Positions 16,118 through 22,679 of a stretch of 25,746 nucleotides of DNA are shown piece after piece. Under the pieces are notes generated by a model. It saw nothing but the letters and a program-made list of their open reading frames with translations. It was not told the DNA's origin and ran no database searches. This stretch comes from a virus (taxonomy: Duplodnaviria > Caudoviricetes). Numbering within the stretch: the first letter of the stretch is position 1; each line of letters starts with the position of its first letter. The position numbers and the translations under genes are program-made. The stretch is from positions 1-25,746 of IMG/VR virus record IMGVR_UViG_3300025086_000208. One strand, written 5' to 3'.

Positions 16118-16853
16118 GAAATCACGTGTTTGGAAAGAACACCCTTTTCTTACAGAAAAAGGAATTCAATTAATCAAGATATATACCCCGCCCCGTACTG
16201 CTATCGGTATGGGGCGTTTTGCTTCTTACCGAGAGTATGGTGAGAAGTTTTGGCGAGTCGGCTATGGTAGTCAGCAGGTGTTCGGTCGTGCAGTTTCGAT
16301 GCATGACAAACTTTATACCAACGAGATTGAGGAGCAGCTTGAAAAAGATCTGCAGACCTTCTCTGATCAGGTGCAGCAGTACGTTTACGTGCCCCTCAAC
16401 AAAAACAGGAAGGCCGCTGTCCTAAGTTTCGCACACAGTCTTGGGATTTTAGGTTTCAAAAACTCTCGTTTATTGGAGCTGATAAACAGCCACGCAAGCA
16501 AAAGAGAGCTAATTAAGGAGTGGAGCCCTTATATCAATAAGTATTGGCTATCAGGAGGTGAACTGATGAGGGATAGGCGTCGCACAGAATTAAATACATA
16601 TTTTTCTGCAGACGTCAAAATGCCTTCATTTGTACGGCATGATTGCCACACGTCAGTTTGCCTTTTAAATCTGCCGGAGACTTACACAGGGTCTCCTTCT
16701 CAAATTAAGGCGGTTGAGTATTTGGAAAAGAAAATTAAGGATTGGGATCCTTCTGGTCATGTGATTCGTCGTTTCTATCGACTTTGGTCCACTCCACCTC
16801 GCGGTTTAGGTAATCAAGAGCGTCCGGGTCAAAATGTTTCAGAAGATCAATAG
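16071..16853 (+). CDS. GH24 phage-lysozyme-fold protein with a degenerate active site and a C-terminal helical domain
   Basis: GIQLIK, WxVGYG, LxxDL, VPLNxNxxAAxxSFxxxxG, SxLLxxIN and RRxxE are the GH24 scaffold. The expected FEG reads YTP and WT reads WR. Alternative TTG start at 16104. Confidence 0.75.
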   Translation: MVILKSATSLRLSSRKKSRVWKEHPFLTEKGIQLIKIYTPPRTAIGMGRFASYREYGEKFWRVGYGSQQVFGRAVSMHDKLYTNEIEEQLEKDLQTFSDQVQQYVYVPLNKNRKAAVLSFAHSLGILGFKNSRLLELINSHASKRELIKEWSPYINKYWLSGGELMRDRRRTELNTYFSADVKMPSFVRHDCHTSVCLLNLPETYTGSPSQIKAVEYLEKKIKDWDPSGHVIRRFYRLWSTPPRGLGNQERPGQNVSEDQ

Positions 16854-16897
16854 CGTCAAAAATAGCCAAGTCAGGCGTGTAAGCAGCTATGAAATCT

Positions 16898-17185
16898 TCA
16901 TACTTCATTTTTAGAGTTTTGGGCTAAAGCGATTTTGAGAAGCACGAGGTAGCCAATCAAATCAATGATGACGTCTTCATCTTCGTCAAGAAGACCCGCG
17001 CCTTGTTGTATACGATTAAGTTTATCGTCAATCCTCACAAGAATCTGCTCGACACTATCGGATTTACTAAAGATTCGAACAGGTTTGAGCGCTGAATTAC
17101 CATACTTTCGATTTTTATAAATCAACAGCTCTTTTATGTCATCACAGATCAAACTGATTTGAGTTTGTGTTTCGGTGAGGGTCAT
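16898..17185 (-). CDS. Nucleotide-modification-associated domain 1 (DUF1599, MazG-like) protein
   Basis: LLxxKNxxYGNS...IxVRIDDKLNRI...EDxxxDLIGYLVL. Start re-assigned to the ATG at 17185. Confidence 0.8.
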   Translation of the reverse strand: MTLTETQTQISLICDDIKELLIYKNRKYGNSALKPVRIFSKSDSVEQILVRIDDKLNRIQQGAGLLDEDEDVIIDLIGYLVLLKIALAQNSKNEV

Positions 17186-17197
17186 TAGAATAAAGGG

Positions 17198-17464
17198 ATG
17201 AACGACCAATTAAGCCAAGCATACGATATCGATAACCGGCGTGCAGGTAGTTATACTGTTAAACCCGGACAAGACATCTCTGCTACCGACAATGAAAGTG
17301 CGAAAAGCTTTCTTAAAAGGTTTGTAGAAGCAAAAAAAGACAGTGAGGCATTGAACGTAAAGGCCTCTAGGGCTAACGATAATAGGTTTGTTTTTGGTGA
17401 GAGAACACCTTTTTCTACTGGAAATATTGGTTCTTTCAGAAATCTATTCAGAGCTACCGGATAA
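17198..17464 (+). CDS. Hypothetical protein carrying the FLxxF motif, predicted leaderless
   Basis: TAGAAT (17186-17191), 6 nt, then ATG. Contains AKSFLKRFVEAK. Confidence 0.65.
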   Translation: MNDQLSQAYDIDNRRAGSYTVKPGQDISATDNESAKSFLKRFVEAKKDSEALNVKASRANDNRFVFGERTPFSTGNIGSFRNLFRATG

Positions 17465-18077
17465 CTCTTCCGATCGTTGAAAAAATAGACTCAAATTTGT
17501 CAATTTGAGAGAAGCCTAGATCTGTTGGTGGCAAATAAGCAAAATATCCCCAGTACATAGGTGATTTAAGAGTGAAATACTTTCTACCATGGATCAGATG
17601 CGCTCTGTCTTTTGGGAAACATAAAGGAAAATCCCAAATCTCAGGGCAGGTTCTGAGCATTTCTGGATAGGTTGTATAAAAAAGTGCTTCGGGAATATTC
17701 CTAAGCTTCCACTCCCTGACTAGACGTCGAAACCAGATGACTGAAGGTGCTTTGGATACACTGCCTCCGCGTGGGCTCCACCGCCAAGTACCACGTTGTT
17801 TGCTGTACGTACAACGTCCGTACGTCGGAGGGAACAAATAGGTCTTGCCCGTCCAGGGTGCCTCAACATTAAGTCCGTCATCATCAAGGGTATAAATCTG
17901 TTTTGCACGAAGAAACTGCTGATTAGCATCGTGTGTACTACAGGGATCTAAATCTAGATCTCCAAGCAAGGCGTCAATCAAAGGCAGATAGTCACAAGGA
18001 GTCAACCAATCCTCGCGGATGTGGCCGATCTTCCCATAGACATTCCTAAGCGAACGCCATTTTGCTCTGTGCTTCAC
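17454..18077 (-). CDS. Phage DNA N6-adenine methyltransferase-like protein (T1 Dam family) with an altered catalytic motif
   Basis: DWLTP, LDLDPCS, YTxDDDGL, WxG, WFxRLxxEW, CFPxxR and FxxIG scaffold. NPPY is replaced by FPPTY. Confidence 0.75.
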   Translation of the reverse strand: MKHRAKWRSLRNVYGKIGHIREDWLTPCDYLPLIDALLGDLDLDPCSTHDANQQFLRAKQIYTLDDDGLNVEAPWTGKTYLFPPTYGRCTYSKQRGTWRWSPRGGSVSKAPSVIWFRRLVREWKLRNIPEALFYTTYPEMLRTCPEIWDFPLCFPKDRAHLIHGRKYFTLKSPMYWGYFAYLPPTDLGFSQIDKFESIFSTIGRVIR

Positions 18078-18472
18078 GAGATAAGAAAATTACTATTTTC
18101 TTCATCGTGGCGATAGTGAATGAGTGCCAGCTCGGTATCATCTTGAACCAAGAAAAGCGACTCTTTATTCGGGTCAATCTGCTCAGCCCTACGGATTGCA
18201 CCTTGGAAGACAGAGGAGACACTCTCTTGATCACGGTAATCTTCCAAGGCATTGATAAGTGCGTCTACACAGAGATAGAACATACTATCTTTATCATTGG
18301 CGGCTGGTTTAAACACGAGCACACCAGGGCCTTCTGCATTATAAAACTTTCCATAGTACTCACACATATCAGAGCAGATGCGCTCGATTGTGAGCTTCAT
18401 GAGTGTTTCTTCTGTCTCACCCGTAGTGCTCTGAAGAAGTTTGGTGAGAAGTTTGTTACGACGGTTTGACAT
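18074..18472 (-). CDS. Hypothetical protein, possibly CcmS-like fold
   Basis: Start re-assigned to MSNRRNK (ATG 18472). The GPGVLVF...FY...DPxKExLFL...ELALIHY pattern resembles CcmS from memory. Confidence 0.55.
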   Translation of the reverse strand: MSNRRNKLLTKLLQSTTGETEETLMKLTIERICSDMCEYYGKFYNAEGPGVLVFKPAANDKDSMFYLCVDALINALEDYRDQESVSSVFQGAIRRAEQIDPNKESLFLVQDDTELALIHYRHDEENSNFLIS

Positions 18473-18494
18473 AATGTTCCTCAGATAAACCAGT

Positions 18495-19088
18495 TTAGCA
18501 AGTTTTTTCAGCGGGCACTTCGGTTTTTTCCTCCTCAAGCTTGATGAAATTACTGAGTCCAGAGCGTTTGAGAGTCTCTAGTAGCTTAGGAAGCGGTTTA
18601 TACAACACAACTGCTTTTTGCATGTTGCCAATCTTTTTGATCAATTTTCCATCAGCATCTCGCAGTTTGGTCAGTTCGCCTTGCCTGATCAGGTATTCCG
18701 CCACACAGCGGTAGCGCCTTTTCTCAGCAAGATTAATTTCGGGATACCGGTCACAGATGGTGCTGATCTTCATATCACTGAATGTAATTCGAATCTGATC
18801 AGCAAGAGACAGTCCAAGTACCAGGTCAGATGTGCTTGTTTCGTATCCGCAGACCAGTTCTAAGTAGCGTCTTAGGTCAGTTGTCTCAAAGCTGCCTGAG
18901 GGAGGTATAAACATCTCTACCTGCTTGACCAGAGACGGGACTAAAGCTGTGGCGTAATTTTCTACTGTGACAGTACTGATATCTAAATCAGCAAAGCGAT
19001 AGCTCTGATATGAGTTTGCAGTCGAGGGCGTCGGTTCGAACTGAGTCCTATTTAAAACGTCAAGCCAGTCCTCCTGATTTTCCGTCAT
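18495..19088 (-). CDS. Hypothetical protein, possible winged-helix DNA-binding domain
   Basis: 197 aa with an ATGA overlap with the upstream gene. YRCVAEYLIRQGELTK followed by a basic beta-hairpin. Confidence 0.6.
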   Translation of the reverse strand: MTENQEDWLDVLNRTQFEPTPSTANSYQSYRFADLDISTVTVENYATALVPSLVKQVEMFIPPSGSFETTDLRRYLELVCGYETSTSDLVLGLSLADQIRITFSDMKISTICDRYPEINLAEKRRYRCVAEYLIRQGELTKLRDADGKLIKKIGNMQKAVVLYKPLPKLLETLKRSGLSNFIKLEEEKTEVPAEKTC

Positions 19089-19483
19089 TGGAGAACGTTG
19101 TCTAGATTAATCTTAGCGAATTTTTTTTGTTCGTCCCATTGACGTTGGTGCTCAAGAATTAGAACCAATTCGCGGTATTCACGGAGCGGGTGAAAGTAGT
19201 CTTTGAATTTGATGGATTTAAACCATTGAGGCCCGTGTGTCTCTGAAAGTCGTTTCTTAGCTTTTTCCGTGTCCCCACCATAGTTTTCAGCTTCCCATAG
19301 TGCCTTTGCAAGGTTCTTCTGTTGATTTGTCATCAAGCTAAGTAGCTCATTCGTGGACAGATCTGCTATGAGCTCGCTAAACTCATGAATAAAAGGGTAT
19401 TTATCAAAATGCGCCGCCACATCACTTACGCTGAGTTGCTGCTGGTGCTGATTCTCGCTCCTGTCGGCGTTTATACTGCCCAA
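19085..19483 (-). CDS. Hypothetical protein (start uncertain, probably downstream of 19483)
   Basis: The C-terminal half looks globular and couples to the next gene. The 5' part overlaps a plausible + strand ORF. Confidence 0.5.
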   Translation of the reverse strand: MGSINADRSENQHQQQLSVSDVAAHFDKYPFIHEFSELIADLSTNELLSLMTNQQKNLAKALWEAENYGGDTEKAKKRLSETHGPQWFKSIKFKDYFHPLREYRELVLILEHQRQWDEQKKFAKINLDNVLQ

Positions 19484-19537
19484 AGTGTTTACGGGTTTGT
19501 GACAGATAGAATCAGTATAGAAATCAGAATGAAATAA
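19385..19537 (+). CDS. Small single-TM protein (50 aa, or 42 aa from ATG 19409; not in the ORF track)
   Basis: MNKRVFIKMRRHITYAELLLVLILAPVGVYTAQSVYGFVTDRISIEIRMK. The stop is 4 nt before the next ATG. Confidence 0.5.
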   Translation: MNKRVFIKMRRHITYAELLLVLILAPVGVYTAQSVYGFVTDRISIEIRMK

Positions 19538-19541
19538 AACA

Positions 19542-20072
19542 ATGGGGAGTAAGCCAGCGCCTCCACCACCACCGACAATTGTGATGCCTACTCCTACGGC
19601 ACCACAGCTGTATCGGACATTAATTCCGCAAGAGAGCTATCAAGACGTTGCTGCTTTCGGAAAGCGACTTGATGAGCAAATTCTTTCCTTGCAGAAAGAT
19701 CGAGAGACTGAAGTCGGTACTTCGGCTGAGCTGGCGGAGCGTATGCGTGGGCGTGAGATGCAGGAGCGAGCTTCTTACGCAGCATCGTTGCCTGGACAAT
19801 TCAAGGATCCAGGAATTATGGAGGTGGCTCGTGATAAGGAGGGGCGACCGATTTCTAAAGGCTCGGGTACGGTGAATTTACAGCAGGGGTCAGATGAAGC
19901 CCAAAAAGCTGCTTTGACCAACGTTGATCAAGCTAAAAAAGCTTTGCAGAAAGCAACCTCTCAGAAGGGCCAGACATCTGCTTCTCTTGTTGATCCAAGT
20001 GTGTTTGATCCTGAATACGCGAAACGCAAAAACGACATCTTCAAGGTCACCATGCCTGAAGACAAAGCTTGA
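19542..20072 (+). CDS. Probable internal virion protein
   Basis: MGSKPAPPPPP N-terminus and a helical Ala/Gln/Lys/Glu-rich body. TAGAAT upstream at 19507. Confidence 0.55.
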   Translation: MGSKPAPPPPPTIVMPTPTAPQLYRTLIPQESYQDVAAFGKRLDEQILSLQKDRETEVGTSAELAERMRGREMQERASYAASLPGQFKDPGIMEVARDKEGRPISKGSGTVNLQQGSDEAQKAALTNVDQAKKALQKATSQKGQTSASLVDPSVFDPEYAKRKNDIFKVTMPEDKA

Positions 20073-20077
20073 TCTCC

Positions 20078-20743
20078 TTAGACGCTGCCGAAATCGAGAG
20101 CGGAAGCGACTGTTGCTGACGCTAGACCGAAATCAATAGATTCATCAACGATTTCGTTGACGAAACGCCAGTCAACTACGGATACGTTTATAGAGATTGA
20201 ATAATTAGTTTCTAAAAACCTAATATCGTTTGTAATAAGAAACAAATATTCCCCGGGATCAAGCCGTGTGCTTGGATAATCTTCTAGGCGAAGATTCTCC
20301 TGGTTGTAATCAATTGAAGATTCAGGTGATACATAACCCTGGTTGTTAATAGGAAGTTCTTCTCTTCTACTGCCGTCTTCAATTTTATAGAACGCTAAAA
20401 GAGTATTTCTGTTTGTATCTTGGGTGTAACTAAACTGACTGAAATTCTGTGTGAATTGAATTGATCTGGATTTGTTAATCCTGATTTTATAAAAAGTAGT
20501 AGTTTTACGTGATAGCCCCCCGTGGGAACCATTTAGTGTGATCGAGCGGAATACAGAAGAGAAATCGCCCAGATCAATAGGAGTATAAAGGCTATCTCCA
20601 GGCTCCGCAGGGAGTGGATCAGAGCCGAAGTAGGAGGTTGGGCCATAAGCAGTAGGCCCTGTACCTCCGGTAGGGTAAGCTTCAACAGTTCCAAGGTTTG
20701 CAAAGCCTGAGTTATTGGGGATTGTCGTCAGAAATCTTGACAT
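20078..20743 (-). CDS. Probable virion structural protein with a PPC-like beta domain
   Basis: GDSxxTPIDLG...FYKI...LDPGEYLFLI...YSISI, then C-terminal D[WF]G-type repeats (DWRFV, DFGLA, DFGSV). Confidence 0.6.
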   Translation of the reverse strand: MSRFLTTIPNNSGFANLGTVEAYPTGGTGPTAYGPTSYFGSDPLPAEPGDSLYTPIDLGDFSSVFRSITLNGSHGGLSRKTTTFYKIRINKSRSIQFTQNFSQFSYTQDTNRNTLLAFYKIEDGSRREELPINNQGYVSPESSIDYNQENLRLEDYPSTRLDPGEYLFLITNDIRFLETNYSISINVSVVDWRFVNEIVDESIDFGLASATVASALDFGSV

Positions 20744-21059
20744 CTTCAGTCATTAATCCTGTAAAGAGACCATTAGTCCTTCCAGACGATTGATATTTTT
20801 CTTCCATCATTATAACCCGCTCAGGATATACCCCCTCGCAAGCCTTCGTTTCAATTAACTCGTAGTTGAGGTTATTGATCATGCAGCGAAGATCTAATTC
20901 AGCCTCCTCGAAATCATCGTGCCAGGAAACACTCCAGGTGAGTTCACCCCCAATATTGACAAGAGCGCAATAATTTTTTTCAGGAAGGTGGTTGTTGCTG
21001 GCCACCACCATCACCTCTTTGTGTGCTGGCTTCTTTGAAGTGGCTAAAGATGTTGACAT
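20712..21059 (-). CDS. Hypothetical protein
   Basis: Ends in YxxSGRTNGLFTGL, a motif I recognise from small phage proteins. Start uncertain. Confidence 0.55.
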   Translation of the reverse strand: MSTSLATSKKPAHKEVMVVASNNHLPEKNYCALVNIGGELTWSVSWHDDFEEAELDLRCMINNLNYELIETKACEGVYPERVIMMEEKYQSSGRTNGLFTGLMTEDVKISDDNPQ

Positions 21060-22125
21060 AATTCAACTGAATCGTTTCAATTTTAGATGGCTCAAGTACA
21101 TCGTCAAGTCCACGTGCCTCTAGATGCAGCGGGTTGCAACAGAATTTTTCGCAGCCTTTTTTGGTATGAATTCTGTACTTACCTACAAATCCTCTACTCA
21201 GCCAAAATGCAACGCGCATCGCTGATTGCGTGGCGCCGGAGTGCACAGGTGAAGGACAGTAGGCGACAGATTCCGTACCACCTTTCTTGGTTGCGCCTAG
21301 CCAAGGCCAACATTCATCTGGACCGCGTACATCGACCTGGTCCCAGAAGCGTTTAACGGTCCAATACCAGCGATAATCGAACCTAGTGACATCGACGGTA
21401 CAGCGCCCCTTCTCGAGCTCCTCGAGGCAATCCAGGCATTCGCCCATGTGGCCGAATCGACCTTTATGTCCCTCGGTGCCGTGTCGGTGCCAGGGGCACT
21501 CCTTTTCATTTGTCATGTGGTAGTCGAGCTCGTAGCGACGAACCTCGTCAGGATGACTGGACGAGAGCTGCTGGAGGACTGCATCCAGCGTTTCCCAACC
21601 CTCGCTGAGGGTAAAGGGTTGGTCTTTTTTTTGCAGGGAATCGAATGTGATTCCAACACGTATCTTTCGCACCCTCTGATAAGGAATCTTAAGACGTCTG
21701 GAGATCTCTGTGCTTGAAAGCCACTCGTCAGCTGTGCGTATTTTTTCGACAACCTCAGGAGTAAGAGAGTCGCCTTTTCTTTGATTCGTTTCCAGGCGTA
21801 CGTCCGCCATTGTCCCGTAGTAATAGTGAGAGGGGTTCAAGCAGTACTTGCAATTGCATGAGTGCTTCCTGACAATCACACGATTTATTTCATCGGGAAA
21901 CTTACCGACCATGGCCAATAAAAAAGGCCTGGCGTCCAAAGTTTTATAAAACAAGTGGTTTCGCTTGCTGTTGATGAACCCTGAAAAAATGCTGTGCCTG
22001 GACTTACTGATGTCCCAGCAAGCGTCCTTGCCCACCAACCTCATGAAAATTTGAAAAGCTTTTGCGAAGACCACGACGTCCGGTGGAATCAGACCGTTGT
22101 TGCGGAAGAATTTCAGGGTTTCCAT
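20980..22125 (-). CDS. Protein with two His-Me-finger (HNH/zinc-binding-loop) domains separated by an HTH and a Cys/His cluster
   Basis: CW...KHSCNCKYCLNPSH...GT; LTPEVVEKIR...EISRRLKI (HTH); RFWxxVD...ECWPWLG...RVAF...CCNPLHL. ATG at 22125 preferred. Confidence 0.75.
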   Translation of the reverse strand: METLKFFRNNGLIPPDVVVFAKAFQIFMRLVGKDACWDISKSRHSIFSGFINSKRNHLFYKTLDARPFLLAMVGKFPDEINRVIVRKHSCNCKYCLNPSHYYYGTMADVRLETNQRKGDSLTPEVVEKIRTADEWLSSTEISRRLKIPYQRVRKIRVGITFDSLQKKDQPFTLSEGWETLDAVLQQLSSSHPDEVRRYELDYHMTNEKECPWHRHGTEGHKGRFGHMGECLDCLEELEKGRCTVDVTRFDYRWYWTVKRFWDQVDVRGPDECWPWLGATKKGGTESVAYCPSPVHSGATQSAMRVAFWLSRGFVGKYRIHTKKGCEKFCCNPLHLEARGLDDVLEPSKIETIQLNYVNIFSHFKEASTQRGDGGGQQQPPS

Positions 22126-22189
22126 TAGGGGGAGAGTCTGCAGGAGCAAACCCTAACGACAGAGCCAAGTCATGTCAATGGATCTCGGT

Positions 22190-22347
22190 TTATCTACCAA
22201 AGATGAATTTAAAAGCGTCTTTTAAGTTCTTTTTATAGAGAGGGGGCCTAGGTCATTGTGCGTTCATTTTTTATCTCACAATCACCTAGACCCCTTTCCT
22301 ATACGTCTAAATAAAAACCCGGTTCTAAAACTATGTTTGGTAGATAA
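22190..22347. repeat. 158-bp imperfect palindrome made of two nested inverted-repeat pairs on one axis
   Basis: TTATCTACCAAA 22190-22201 pairs with TTTGGTAGATAA 22336-22347 (perfect). 22234-22262 pairs with 22275-22303 (23 of 29). Both are centred at 22268.5. Confidence 0.85.
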
Positions 22348-22413
22348 CTGGTCAAACCTGCTGTGCCGCAATGCATTTCCGCGACGAGGCTAGCGGATTT
22401 TGGTGTCCACCCT

Positions 22414-22623
22414 CTAGAAATTAATACTCTCGTCGAACGTTTTAGCGGGCTTGTGGTTGTAGTAGTCCTCATATACCTGAGCTAATTCCAACGCACGATC
22501 AATGCATGTGTCGTAAGTACACAAACCACCCGAGGGAGAACATGTTCTGTATTCCTTGCTATTGAACTCTTGATGTATCAACATAACAGTCGAACCTTTC
22601 GGGAAAGTCTTGATAAGTTCCAT
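22414..22623 (-). CDS. Hypothetical protein
   Basis: 69 aa with a YRxCxP...CxY motif. TACAAT -10 upstream on the minus strand. Confidence 0.6.
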   Translation of the reverse strand: MELIKTFPKGSTVMLIHQEFNSKEYRTCSPSGGLCTYDTCIDRALELAQVYEDYYNHKPAKTFDESINF

Positions 22624-22641
22624 TGATCTGCTAGTCAGTGT

Positions 22642-22651
22642 TACTATTGTA
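22642..22651. promoter_or_regulatory. Overlapping divergent -10 elements (TACTAT on +, TACAAT on -)
   Basis: TACTATTGTA between divergent starts 22623(-) and 22680(+). Confidence 0.5.
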
Positions 22652-22679
22652 TAAAGGATATTTCTGTACGATTAGGTAA

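Noticed and set aside
22190-22347. Protelomerase (tel) site or transposon terminal inverted repeats
   Set aside because: The centre is an unpaired loop rather than a perfect palindrome. No protelomerase, transposase or target-site duplication is seen.
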